From Deltaproteobacteria bacterium (GTDB lineage: Bacteria; Myxococcota_A; UBA9042; PHBI01), in contig WYBB01000082.1 in NCBI GenBank assembly GCA_011526585.1, positions 21,294 to 85,293 on the forward strand: a stretch of DNA of 64,000 nt. The letters are read 5' to 3'. Shown piece after piece: positions 18,511 through 37,769 of this stretch. How positions within the stretch are numbered: position 1 is the first letter of the stretch; each line of letters starts with the position of its first letter. The notes below the pieces were generated by a model. The model was not told the origin of the DNA. It saw nothing but the letters and a program-made list of their open reading frames with translations, and did no database searches. Both the position numbers and the translations under genes were made by a program.

Positions 18511-18593
18511 GCGAGAGTGGCGGAACTGGTAGACGCGCTGGACTTAGAATCCAGTGGCCCGAGGTCGTGGGGGTTCGAGTCCCCCCTCTCGCA
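18511..18593 (+). tRNA. tRNA-Leu (anticodon TAG)
   Basis: Acceptor GCGAGAG/CTCTCGC, anticodon loop CTTAGAA, long variable arm. Confidence 0.9.
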
Positions 18594-18620
18594 TGCACGC
18601 ATGAACACGCCGAGGATGAA

Positions 18621-19931
18621 GTGGCCGAATTGAAGACGTCGGTGCAGGTGGTCAGCGAGATCGAGGTGCTGATCGAGGTCGAGGTACCCAGCGACAAGGT
18701 CGGCAAGGAGCTCGATCGTCAGCTCGGTGAGTTCGGAAAACGGGCTCGGGTCAAGGGCTTCCGCCCCGGCAAGGCCCCCAAGGACATGGTCAAGAAGACC
18801 TTCGGCCAGGAGATCGCCCGGGAGGCGATGCGCCGCCTCGTCAACGACAGCTTCGAGACGGCTGTCGGCAAGGCGGGCGAGCACCGCATCGTCGGTGAGC
18901 CGCAGGTCGAGCCCGGGGTGGTGCGCGCCGGCGAGCCGTTCAAGTACGCGGTGCGCGCGCAGGTCGTGCCGCGCATCGACGTGCACTCGTGGCGGAACGT
19001 CGAGGTGGCGGTCGCGCCGGCGACGGTGGACGGCGCGCAGATCGACAAGAAGATCGGCGAGATGCAGGACCGGCACAAGGAGCGCGTGCCGGTCGAGGGC
19101 CGCCCGAGCGACACCGGCGACATCATCATCGTCGACACGACCGGCTGGGTCGAGGGCGAGCGCGACACGCGTCTCGACATGACCGCCTTCGAGGTGAAGA
19201 TCGGCCAGGGGCGCATGATCCCGGGCTTCGAGGACGAGCTCATCGGCCTCACGTCGGGCGAGGCCAAGACCTTCGACGTCACCTTCCCCGAGGACTACGG
19301 CTCGGAGAGCCTCGCGGGCAAGGCGGCGCGCTTCGAGGTGCGGGTGCAGGCGCTCTTCACCGAGGAGCTGCCCGACCTCGACGACGACTTCGCGCAGGAC
19401 CTCGGCTTCGACTCCTACGACGCGCTGCGTCAGGACGTGCACGACAAGCTCGCGGCCGAGTCCACCAAGCGGCGCAAGGAGGAGATCGAGCGCCGCGTCA
19501 TGGCGGTCGTGCTCGAGCGCAACCAGTTCAGCGTGCCGCCGGCGATGGTCGAGTCGCACATGCGCGAGCGCGCGCGCATGCTGGTCCGCCTCTTCCAGGG
19601 CCAGGGGCTCTCCCAGGACATGGCCATCCAGATGGTCGAGCGCAACATCGAAGGCTTGCGCTCCGCCGCCGACTACCAGGTCCGGCGCCAGCTCGTGCTC
19701 GAGGCGATCGCCCGTCAGGAGAAGATCGACGTCGAGGAGGAAGAGCTCGCGGACGCCATCGTGGCCAAGATCAAGGAGCAGGGCGAAAAGACCGCCAAGC
19801 TCTTCGAGCACCCGGAGATGCGCGAAGCCGAGAGGCTGAATATGATCGAGAACAAGGCGCTGGCGCTCCTCCTCGAGAGCACCAGCGTCGTCGACGCAGC
19901 GCCGGCCGAGGCGCCGGCCCCTGGAGAGTGA
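18621..19931 (+). CDS. tig: trigger factor
   Basis: KTSVQVVSEIEVLIEVEVP...FRPGKAPKDMVKK plus an FKBP-type middle domain. The start must lie after tRNA-Leu: either GTG 18621 (GAGGA 5 nt upstream) or TTG 18630. Confidence 0.9.
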   Translation: MAELKTSVQVVSEIEVLIEVEVPSDKVGKELDRQLGEFGKRARVKGFRPGKAPKDMVKKTFGQEIAREAMRRLVNDSFETAVGKAGEHRIVGEPQVEPGVVRAGEPFKYAVRAQVVPRIDVHSWRNVEVAVAPATVDGAQIDKKIGEMQDRHKERVPVEGRPSDTGDIIIVDTTGWVEGERDTRLDMTAFEVKIGQGRMIPGFEDELIGLTSGEAKTFDVTFPEDYGSESLAGKAARFEVRVQALFTEELPDLDDDFAQDLGFDSYDALRQDVHDKLAAESTKRRKEEIERRVMAVVLERNQFSVPPAMVESHMRERARMLVRLFQGQGLSQDMAIQMVERNIEGLRSAADYQVRRQLVLEAIARQEKIDVEEEELADAIVAKIKEQGEKTAKLFEHPEMREAERLNMIENKALALLLESTSVVDAAPAEAPAPGE

Positions 19932-19932
19932 A

Positions 19933-20517
19933 ATGACCTACATCCCCCGCATCGTCGAGCAGACCCATCGCGGCTCCGAGCAATGGGACCCGTTCTCGCG
20001 CCTCTTCAAGGACCGCATCATCTTCATCGGCGCGGCGATCGACGACTTCAGCGCCAACGCGGTGATCGCGCAGCTGCTCTACCTCGACAGCGACGACCCC
20101 GAGAAGGAGGTCGCGATCTACATCAACAGCCCGGGCGGCTCGATCACGGCCGGCATGGCGATCTACGACACGATGCAGTTCATCTCGGCGCCGATCTCGA
20201 CGATCTGCCTCGGGCAGGCCGCGTCGATGGCGGCCGTGCTGCTCGCCGCCGGCAAGAAGGGCAAGCGCTTCGCCCTGCCGCACGCGCGCATCATGCTGCA
20301 CCAGCCGCACGGCGGCCTCGGCGGTCAGGCAACCGACATCGACATCGCCGCGCGCGAGGTGCTCTTCCTCAAGACGCAGGTGCTCGAGGTCCTGTCCAAG
20401 CACACCGGGCAGACGCCCGAGAAGCTCCGGGCGGACACCGACCGCGACTTCTTCCTGCGCCCTTCGCAGGCCGTGGAGTACGGCCTCGTCGACACCATCG
20501 TCGAGCGCAAGGGTTGA
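19933..20517 (+). CDS. clpP: ATP-dependent Clp protease proteolytic subunit
   Basis: YINSPGGSITAGMAIYDTM, GQAASMAA (Ser) and MLHQP (His). Confidence 0.96.
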   Translation: MTYIPRIVEQTHRGSEQWDPFSRLFKDRIIFIGAAIDDFSANAVIAQLLYLDSDDPEKEVAIYINSPGGSITAGMAIYDTMQFISAPISTICLGQAASMAAVLLAAGKKGKRFALPHARIMLHQPHGGLGGQATDIDIAAREVLFLKTQVLEVLSKHTGQTPEKLRADTDRDFFLRPSQAVEYGLVDTIVERKG

Positions 20518-20684
20518 ACGAACGACCGCTCCGGGGCAGGAGGCACGTGCCGGTGACAGGCGCGAATGCCGGCCGTGTTCGGGACGTTGTGCCGAGGACG
20601 CCTATCGTCTATCGTCTCGTGAAGGAGGCGTTGGCGCCGGGCCTGCTTCCCGAGGCGAGACTCCGTAGGTGTGGGTGACGAGCC

Positions 20685-21941
20685 ATGGTGGACAGACGCC
20701 GCGACAGTACCAACCTCTGCTGCTCCTTCTGCGGAAAGAGCCAGAAGGAGGTCAAGAAGCTCATCGCAGGCCCGACGGTCTACATCTGCGATGAGTGCAT
20801 TGGCCTGTGCAACGACATCATCGCCGAGGAGGTCCAGAAGGAGGACGTCTACTCGGGGCTGTCGGCCATCCCCAAGCCGCACGAGATCCGGCGCGTGCTC
20901 GACGAGTACGTCATCGGTCAGGAGAAGGCGAAGAAGATCCTCTCAGTCGCGGTCTACAACCACTACAAGCGCATCGACGCCAAGGAGAGCCACCGCGACG
21001 ACGTCGAGCTCTCCAAGTCGAACATCCTGCTCCTCGGGCCGACCGGCACCGGCAAGACGCTGCTCGCGCAGACGCTGGCCAAGCTCCTCAAGGTGCCGTT
21101 CACCATCGTCGACGCGACCACGCTGACCGAGGCGGGCTACGTCGGCGAGGACGTCGAGAACATCCTGGTCTCGCTCCTGCAGAACGCCGACCACGACATC
21201 GACCGGGCGCTGCGCGGCATCGTCTACATCGACGAGATCGACAAGATCAGCCGCAAGTCCGACAACCCCTCGATCACGCGCGACGTGTCGGGCGAGGGCG
21301 TGCAGCAGGCGCTCCTCAAGATCATCGAGGGCACGATCGCCAACGTGCCGCCCAAGGGGGGTCGCAAGCATCCGCAGCAGGAGTTCCTGCAGATGGACAC
21401 GACCAACATCCTGTTCATCTGCGGCGGGGCCTTCGTCGGGCTCGACAAGATCATCGAGCGGCGCATCGGGCGGAAGTCGCTCGGCTTCACCTCCGACAAG
21501 GCGTCGGCCAAGGTCGAGATGACGGTCGGGCAGATGCTCGAGCAGGTCGAGCCCGAGGACCTCATCCGGTTCGGGCTCATCCCCGAGTTCGTCGGGCGCC
21601 TGCCGGTGGCGGCGACCCTGCACGAGCTCAACGAGGAGGCGCTGATGCGCATCCTGGTCGAGCCGAAGAACGCGGTCACGCGCCAGTTCCGGCGCCTGCT
21701 CGAGATGGACGGCGTGCGGCTGACCTTCACCGAGTCGGCGCTGCGCGCGGTCGCGAAGAAGGCGCTCGAGCGCAAGACCGGCGCGCGCGGGCTGCGCTCG
21801 ATCCTCGAGAACGTGATGCTCGAGGTGATGTACGACATCCCGTCGATGGGCACCGCCAAGGAGATCGTCGTCAACGAGGACGTGATCCACGGCAAGACCA
21901 AGCCCATCGTCGTGTACGACAAGGAAGCGGTCTCGGCGTGA
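20685..21941 (+). CDS. clpX: ATP-dependent Clp protease ATP-binding subunit ClpX
   Basis: C4 zinc finger CSFCGK...CDEC. Walker [18 protein letters not shown]. Confidence 0.96.
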   Translation: MVDRRRDSTNLCCSFCGKSQKEVKKLIAGPTVYICDECIGLCNDIIAEEVQKEDVYSGLSAIPKPHEIRRVLDEYVIGQEKAKKILSVAVYNHYKRIDAKESHRDDVELSKSNILLLGPTGTGKTLLAQTLAKLLKVPFTIVDATTLTEAGYVGEDVENILVSLLQNADHDIDRALRGIVYIDEIDKISRKSDNPSITRDVSGEGVQQALLKIIEGTIANVPPKGGRKHPQQEFLQMDTTNILFICGGAFVGLDKIIERRIGRKSLGFTSDKASAKVEMTVGQMLEQVEPEDLIRFGLIPEFVGRLPVAATLHELNEEALMRILVEPKNAVTRQFRRLLEMDGVRLTFTESALRAVAKKALERKTGARGLRSILENVMLEVMYDIPSMGTAKEIVVNEDVIHGKTKPIVVYDKEAVSA

Positions 21942-21948
21942 TGAGGCA

Positions 21949-22112
21949 GGACGAAGCGGAGCGAAGCGAAGCCTAGGCAGAACGGGGCGCCGACACGCGC
22001 GCCCGAGCGAGGTCGGCCCGCGAGCGGAGCGCGCGGCCCCGTTCTGGACGAAGCGGAGCGAAGCGAAGCGCAGGAAGAACGGGGCGCCCCACGCGCGCCC
22101 GAGCGAGGCCAT
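21949..22112. repeat. two copies of a ~65-bp element (period 97 bp) in the clpX-lon spacer
   Basis: ggacgaagcggagcgaagcgaagc...agaacggggcgcc..cacgcgcgcccgagcgagg at 21949-22013 and 22046-22110. The first 24 nt are identical, with about 90 percent identity overall. An inverted copy of agaacggggc lies at 22036-22045. Confidence 0.8.
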
Positions 22113-22116
22113 CAAG

Positions 22117-24582
<2,466 letters not shown>

Positions 24583-24616
24583 CGTTCCTACGGATTCCAT
24601 CGCTCGAACGGACCGC

Positions 24617-24670
24617 CAAGGAAGCCAGGAAGGGAGGAAGCCAGGAAGTACCGCTATCCTGCCTTCCTTG
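24617..24670. terminator. long imperfect hairpin between convergent lon and the 347-aa gene
   Basis: caaggaagccagga (24617-24630) pairs with tcctgccttccttg (24657-24670), 13/14 bp. Locally AT-richer spacer. Confidence 0.35.
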
Positions 24671-24713
24671 ATTCCTGCACTCCTCAGAGAGACTCACGCG
24701 ATGCGATCCTCGC

Positions 24714-25756
24714 TCAGGTCTCGCTGCGGTCGGCGACGCGCTCGAGCACCAGCTTGATCAGCTCGCCGATGTTCTTCGCGCGCGCGGCCTGGGCGTCGGG
24801 CTTGAGCACCGCCTTGACCGCGTCGGCGACCGTCTGCTCGTTCGGCATCTGCCGCGCGAAGGCGGACTGCAGGCGCAGGATCAGCTCCTGGCGGAAGCGC
24901 TCGCGCTGATCCTCGCTCGGTCGGTTGTCGCTCGCGCGCACGACGGCGAGCAGCCGGTCGACGAAGAGGTCGCTCTCGGCCGGCGCCCCGTCGCTCGCGA
25001 CCGCGCGCGCCCCGGTCAGCATCGCCGGCAGCGACGGCCAGCCGGTCACCGCGACGAGACGTGGGCGCTCGGCGTCCGGCCTGAGCTCCGTCACGAGCCA
25101 GACCTCGGCGGCGCGATCGCGCTCGGCGCCTGGCCCCGGATCCTTGCCGAGCCCGATGAGGCTCCGCCCGACGACCGGCAGGCTGTGCACGCCGACGGCG
25201 CGCAGCGGGCCGTCGGGGAGCTCGCCGAGGAGGCGCGTGAGGTTGTCGTCGGAGAGCCCGAGCCGCGCCTGGAGCACCGCGCCGAGACCTCCCCGCGGCG
25301 CCTCGACGATCGCGGCGGCGAGCTCTCGCGCGGCGTCATCCGAGGGCAGCGCGTCGACCCGCTGTCCCGGCACAATCCAGCCGCGCAGCCAGCCGAGCGC
25401 GAGCGGCACCTCGGCGAAGACGCCTTGGACGCGCGGCCCCTCGGCACCGAGCGCGAGCAGGAGGAAGACGCTGCGCGCGGGTTTGTCGGGCTCGCTCGGG
25501 CGGTGGTAGCGCACGCAGCCCAGGGTCTTGTCGCCCTGCGCCGAGAGCACGCCGGCCGAGCCGAAGGCGAAGCCCTCGCGCTTCATCCGCCACAGCTTGG
25601 AAAAGCCTCCGGACTCCCACGCGTCGGGGACGGTGAGCGCGCGGATCGGCCCCTCTGCTGGGACGCCACCGACCAGGGGCGCGCCGTCATCGGGAGCGTT
25701 GAGGCTCTCGACGACGGCGTCGAGCAACGCGCGATGATCGGCTGCGACGCCCTCCA

Positions 25757-25757
<1 letters not shown>
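24714..25757 (-). CDS. hypothetical protein, partner gene of the giant protein
   Basis: 347 aa with no recognisable motif. Its ATG shares one base with the TGA of the giant gene (TGATG), implying co-transcription and translational coupling. Confidence 0.6.
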
Positions 25758-33004
<7,247 letters not shown>

Positions 33005-33183
33005 GCAAACCGCCGCTCGTGGTTTGTGACGGACGACCCCTGACCCGCGTGGCTCATGGCACAGTGGCCAAAAACCAGGGGGACGTCAACCCAAGGCCGC
33101 AGCAGGCCAGGAAAACGGCTTCTTTTCAAGGCCTCATCCGATAGCTTTTGTAAGACGGGCGGGTCCGTACTAGATCGGCGCGG

Positions 33184-33849
33184 ATGCAGCGTCGTCTCCT
33201 GGTCATCGCGTTGGTCTTCGTCGTCGGCTTCGGCGTGGGGTACGGAATCACCTGGCTGCTCGTCGGCTCGAGCGACCGCGAGCGCCCCGACGGCGAGCGC
33301 GAGGCGCGGGTGGCCCAGCGCGCCACGGGCGGCGAAGAGGACGCGCGCGACCAGGCGCCGCGGCCCGAGCCCGATACGCACGCCGGCGACGCGCGCACGG
33401 AGGGCGCCCCGGGCCCCGATGCCGCGGCGAGCGTGGACGCGGCGACGGCCCCAGAAGACGCGGCGCTGGCCACGGGCGAGACCGCGGCGGATACGGCCCC
33501 GGCCGGCGCGACCGACGCCGCGGCCCCCCCTGCCCGCCCCCCTTGGGAGCGCTGCCTGAACCGCGTGTGCCGGGTCGACTTCGGGCGCGTCAGCGGCGGG
33601 ATCTCGATCCGCAAGGGGCGCCTCGAGCACGGCCAGGCGGTCGACTGGGACCGCGACTTCGGGCGCGCCGACAAGGTCGGCACGCTCGAGGAGGGGGCCG
33701 ACGTGCGGGTCGAGGTGCTCGGCGTCGGGCTCGCGGATGGGGTGCCGGCGGCGGCGTACATCGTGCGCAAGACCCGGCGCGACGAGGTCAGGGGCGTCAT
33801 CGCGCTGCGCATCGGCGACAAGACGCTCGAGCTCGTGCCCGTCGAGTGA
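33184..33849 (+). CDS. hypothetical membrane-anchored protein
   Basis: N-terminal helix LLVIALVFVVGFGVGYGITWLLV, an Ala/Asp/Pro-rich linker, then a ~100-aa C-terminal domain. Divergent from the giant gene. Confidence 0.5.
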   Translation: MQRRLLVIALVFVVGFGVGYGITWLLVGSSDRERPDGEREARVAQRATGGEEDARDQAPRPEPDTHAGDARTEGAPGPDAAASVDAATAPEDAALATGETAADTAPAGATDAAAPPARPPWERCLNRVCRVDFGRVSGGISIRKGRLEHGQAVDWDRDFGRADKVGTLEEGADVRVEVLGVGLADGVPAAAYIVRKTRRDEVRGVIALRIGDKTLELVPVE

Positions 33850-34070
33850 TCGGCGTGATCGAGACCGCTTGACGGCGGATCCCGGCTTTGATCTACTCGC
33901 TCCAGGTCGAGCGGAGCCGTCGACGCCCGAGCGGGATCGAGCCGATCACGCAAGTTTTTTTGACGGTGATCGCACGCGATGAGAAGCGAGCGAGTCAGGC
34001 GGTCTTTGTCGAGACGCCGGACGCTCGCCGGTGATCCCGTCGTAAGTCCATGGAAACAGGGGAGGCGCAC

Positions 34071-34559
34071 ATGGATCCGGTCCGAAACGATGCTGGGGAC
34101 ACGACCCGCGACCCCGCGCCGCGCCAGCGCCGAAGCCGCCTGCGCCCGAAGACCATCGCCGGCAAGCGCCTGACGCGCGCCGAGATCCAGGAGGGAATCC
34201 GCCTCGTCGACGACATGTGGTACGAGCGCCCGAAGACGCGCGCCGACTGTGTCGACGGGCCGCGCCCCTGCCCCTTCGTCAGCTGCAAGTTCCACCTCTA
34301 CCTCGACGTCAAGGACGAGACGCAGAGCATCAAGCTGAACTTCCCGCACCTCGAGGTGTGGGAGATGGAGCATTCATGCGCGCTCGACGTGTCGGAGCAG
34401 GGCGGCATGACGCTCGAGGAGGTCGGTCACATCCTCAACCTCACCCGTGAGCGGGTGCGCCAGGTCGAGGTCGCCGGCATCGACAAGCTCAAGCGGGTGA
34501 GCGTGGTCGAGGACATCGAGCGGATCTTCGGGCCGGCGACGAAGTTCGAGGATCTGTAG
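34071..34559 (+). CDS. sigma-70 region-4-like HTH protein with Cys/His motif
   Basis: [30 protein letters not shown] resembles sigma-70 region 4.2. It is preceded by [19 protein letters not shown] 34071 sits 7 nt after GGGGAGG; ATG 34050 is also possible. Confidence 0.6.
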   Translation: MDPVRNDAGDTTRDPAPRQRRSRLRPKTIAGKRLTRAEIQEGIRLVDDMWYERPKTRADCVDGPRPCPFVSCKFHLYLDVKDETQSIKLNFPHLEVWEMEHSCALDVSEQGGMTLEEVGHILNLTRERVRQVEVAGIDKLKRVSVVEDIERIFGPATKFEDL

Positions 34560-34672
34560 AGCGCACGGGCCCGGCCGAGCGGGCCTGCATCCGACCGCCT
34601 GAGGGTCGCGCGAGCTCGCGCGATGTCGATGACACGGCGACATCACCCGGCGCGCTCTGATAGTCTCGGCGC

Positions 34673-36913
34673 ATGGTCGAACTGCGTATCCTCCGTGACA
34701 TCGAGGACAAGACGGCGCGCGCCTTCCAGGAGCGGCGCCAGGTCCTCTCCTTCGATGCCTTCTTCTCCGCCTTCCTTGCCGACCCGCAGCGTCACGTGCG
34801 CACGGCGGCGCAGTACCTGCGCGACTGCTTCGAGCACTACGGCAAGACGACGGTCGAGCGTCCCGGCGGCAAGGCCGTGCGCTGGAACCTCTTCGACACG
34901 CCGTGGGCCGGCGGCAAGGATCGGGTCGTCGGCCAGGAGGAGGCGCAGAACGCGATCCATCGCCTCCTGCACGGGTTCGTGCGCGAGCGCCGCGTCACGC
35001 GCCTCATCCTCTTGCACGGACCGAACGGCTCGGCGAAGAGCTCGCTCATCGAGTGCATGGCGCACGCGCTCGAGCACTACTCGTCGCTCGACGAGGGCGC
35101 GGTCTACCGCTTCAACTGGGTCTTCCCGTCGCAGCGCGTCTCGAAGAAGCGGCTCGGCTTCGGCAGCGCGGTCGAGCGCGAAGCGCTGCAGAGCTACGCC
35201 CACCTCGAGGACGAGGACATCGACGCGCGCCTGCCGGCCGACCTGCGCGACCACCCGCTCCTGCTCCTGCCGCAGGCCGACCGGCGGCCGCTCCTGCAGG
35301 CGCTGATCGAAGAGGGACGGATCGGGCGCGAGGAGCCGGTCGGCGACTACCTGCTCGACGGTGATCTCTCGCCGCGCTCGCGCGCGATCTTCGATGCGCT
35401 GCTCAACGCCTACCACGGCGATCTGCAGCGGGTCTTCCAGCACGTGCAGGTCACGCGCTTTGCGTTCTCGCGGCGCTATCGCCAGGGCGTCGTCACCATC
35501 GAGCCGCAGCTGCACGTCGACGCCGGGATGCGCCAGGTGACGATGGACCAGGCGCTGGCGGCGCTGCCGGCGTCCCTGAAAAACCTCAGTATGTACGAGC
35601 CATTCGGCGACCTGGTCGACGCCAACCGCGGGCTCATCAACTACAACGATCTCCTCAAGAAGCCGATCGACGCCTACAAGTACCTGCTGGCGACCTGCGA
35701 GAAGGGCACGGTCGCGCTGCCCAACGCCATCCTGCACCTCGACGTCGTCTTCCTGGCGAGCTCGAACGAGACCCACCTGCGCGCCTTCAAGGAGTACCCG
35801 GACTTCGCCTCGTTCAAGGGGCGCATGGATCTCGTGCGCATGCCGTACCTGCGCTCGTACGAGACCGAGCGCGCGATCTACGACGAGCACCTGCGCGCGG
35901 GTGGGCTCGAGGACCAGGTCGTCCCGCACGCCACCCACGTGCTGGCGCTGTGGGCGGTGCTCACGCGCCTCAAGCGGCCGCGCGCCGAGCTCTACCCGGC
36001 GCGGATCCGCGAGGTCGTCGGGCGGCTGTCGCCGATGGACAAGGCCGACCTCTACGCGATCGGCAAGGCGCCGCGCGAGCTCAACGCGGAGCTGTCACGC
36101 GAGCTCCTGGCGGTCCTGCCCGAGATCCTGAACGAGGGGCAGGACTCGCCGGAGTCCGAGGGACTCTCCGGTGCGTCGCCGCGCGAGATGAAGCAGGTGC
36201 TGCTCAACGCGCTGCAGGGCCGGCGCCACTGGGGGCTGTCGCCGCTGGGGATCGTCGAAGAGCTGCGCGAGCACATCAAGCTCAAGAGCGTCTACGAATA
36301 TCTGCAGGCCAAGCGCGAACATGGCTACAGCGATCACGAGGGCTTCATCGAACAGGTCTACGACCGCTGGATGGAGATCGTCGACGGCGAGCTGCGCCAC
36401 GCCATGGGGCTCGTCGACGAGCAGAAGTACGAGGATCTCTTCGCGCGCTACCTCTTGAACGTCACCTACGCGCAGAAGAACGAGAAGCTCTACAACGAGA
36501 AGACCGGCAACTACGACCCGCCCGACGCCAAGCTGATGAGCGAGCTCGAGCGCACCTGGGAGGTGCCCGGCGAGGCCGAGCGCTTCCGTCGCGACCTGGT
36601 CTCACGCGTCGGCGCGTGGCGGGTCGAGCACCCCGGCGCGACGATCCCGTGGCGCAAGCTCTTCCCCAAGCTCATCGATCAGCTCGAGCAGGACTACTAC
36701 GCCAAGCAGAAGGCGCGCGTGCGCCGACAGCTCGAGCACTGCATGACCGTGCTCGCGGCCGAGCAGGTCGGTGAGGATCCGGTGGCGCGCGGCCTGGCGC
36801 AGGCCGATGCGCACAAGGCCGAGGACGTGCTCGCGCGCCTGGAGAAGGACCACGCCTACCCGCGCCCGAGCCTGCGCGAGGTCCTGAGCGCGCTGATGAA
36901 GCACCGCTATTGA
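34673..36913 (+). CDS. prkA: PrkA-family serine protein kinase (AAA-type N-domain)
   Basis: 746 aa. LILLHGPNGSAKSSLIECM Walker A and YRFNWVFP. Overall layout typical of PrkA/YeaG. Confidence 0.85.
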   Translation: MVELRILRDIEDKTARAFQERRQVLSFDAFFSAFLADPQRHVRTAAQYLRDCFEHYGKTTVERPGGKAVRWNLFDTPWAGGKDRVVGQEEAQNAIHRLLHGFVRERRVTRLILLHGPNGSAKSSLIECMAHALEHYSSLDEGAVYRFNWVFPSQRVSKKRLGFGSAVEREALQSYAHLEDEDIDARLPADLRDHPLLLLPQADRRPLLQALIEEGRIGREEPVGDYLLDGDLSPRSRAIFDALLNAYHGDLQRVFQHVQVTRFAFSRRYRQGVVTIEPQLHVDAGMRQVTMDQALAALPASLKNLSMYEPFGDLVDANRGLINYNDLLKKPIDAYKYLLATCEKGTVALPNAILHLDVVFLASSNETHLRAFKEYPDFASFKGRMDLVRMPYLRSYETERAIYDEHLRAGGLEDQVVPHATHVLALWAVLTRLKRPRAELYPARIREVVGRLSPMDKADLYAIGKAPRELNAELSRELLAVLPEILNEGQDSPESEGLSGASPREMKQVLLNALQGRRHWGLSPLGIVEELREHIKLKSVYEYLQAKREHGYSDHEGFIEQVYDRWMEIVDGELRHAMGLVDEQKYEDLFARYLLNVTYAQKNEKLYNEKTGNYDPPDAKLMSELERTWEVPGEAERFRRDLVSRVGAWRVEHPGATIPWRKLFPKLIDQLEQDYYAKQKARVRRQLEHCMTVLAAEQVGEDPVARGLAQADAHKAEDVLARLEKDHAYPRPSLREVLSALMKHRY

Positions 36914-36978
36914 CGCGCACCTCGGCCCGCGGCCACGAGGCCGCCCCTGCGACGCGACACGGGCGCGACCTGCCGTGG

Positions 36979-37692
36979 CTACGGACGGTCGCTGACCCAG
37001 GCCGCGCCGTCGGGTCCGATCTCGCGCTTCCAGATCGGCACGTCCTGCTTGAGGCGCTCGATCAGCATGCGCACGGCGTCGAAGGCGGCGGCGCGGTGCG
37101 CGCTGCCGGCCGCGGCGATCACCGCGACCTCGCCGATCGCGAGCGCGCCGACGCGGTGGTGCAGCGCGCAGACCGTTCCGGGGTGCGCGGCTTCGACCTC
37201 GGCGAGGATCGCCTGCATCTGCCGCAACGCCATCGACGGGTAGGCTTCGTACTCGAGGCGCGTCACGGCGCGGCCGCGGGCGTGATCGCGCACCTGCCCG
37301 ACGAAGAGCGCGATCCCGCCCTTTCCGGGGCCGGAGACCAGCGCCTGGATCGCCAGGAGGCGCGGCCCGTCGAGCGGCGCCGCGGTGAGCTCGACCGCGG
37401 GCAGGCCCGCCGCGGGTGGGTCGGCGGCCGGCGGGTGGCCAGCGGCGCCCCCCGAGACCGGCGGGATCAGCACGAGCTCGGCGCGGTCGCGGAGCGGCGC
37501 CTCGGGCGCGACGAACTCGCCGTCGAGCGCGATCCTGAGGCTCGGCAGGAGCGGTGCGAGGCCGGGGTGGCGCGAGACGATCGCGGCGACGGCGTCGGCC
37601 ACCGTCGCGCCCTCGGCCAGCGAGAGCGTCTCGGTGGGGGTGCCGACCCGCTCGCGCACATGAGCGAAATAGAGGACGTTGAGCGTCAGCAT
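36979..37692 (-). CDS. molybdopterin synthase MoaD-MoaE fusion protein
   Basis: N-terminal ~82 aa are ubiquitin-like and end in LIPPVSGG (MoaD C-terminal GG). They are followed by a MoaE-like GGIALFVGQVRD...HRVG...PIWKRE. Confidence 0.75.
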   Translation of the reverse strand: MLTLNVLYFAHVRERVGTPTETLSLAEGATVADAVAAIVSRHPGLAPLLPSLRIALDGEFVAPEAPLRDRAELVLIPPVSGGAAGHPPAADPPAAGLPAVELTAAPLDGPRLLAIQALVSGPGKGGIALFVGQVRDHARGRAVTRLEYEAYPSMALRQMQAILAEVEAAHPGTVCALHHRVGALAIGEVAVIAAAGSAHRAAAFDAVRMLIERLKQDVPIWKREIGPDGAAWVSDRP

Positions 37693-37707
37693 GGGGCCGG
37701 ATAGTAT
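37679..37707 (+). promoter_or_regulatory. candidate sigma-70-type promoter (TTGAGC-N17-TAGTAT) for the trp operon
   Basis: Hexamers and 17-nt spacer read from the sequence, 62 nt upstream of the trpE ATG. Overlaps the first codons of the divergent moaDE gene. Confidence 0.4.
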
Positions 37708-37769
37708 CGCCGCCCGATCGTCCGGTCACCCGTGACGCCGATCGCCTCGAACGATCGACAAGGAAATGC

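Noticed and set aside
21949-22112. The clpX-lon repeats considered as a miniature CRISPR array
   Set aside because: There are only two copies. The units are about 65 bp, not 24-48 bp, and the spacer is shorter than the repeat. No cas genes are present.
37715-37757. Three CGATCG palindromes in the 62-nt trp leader as possible operator sites
   Set aside because: CGATCG is an intrinsically frequent hexamer in this composition and occurs many times elsewhere in the window. The spacing is irregular (24 and 13 nt).
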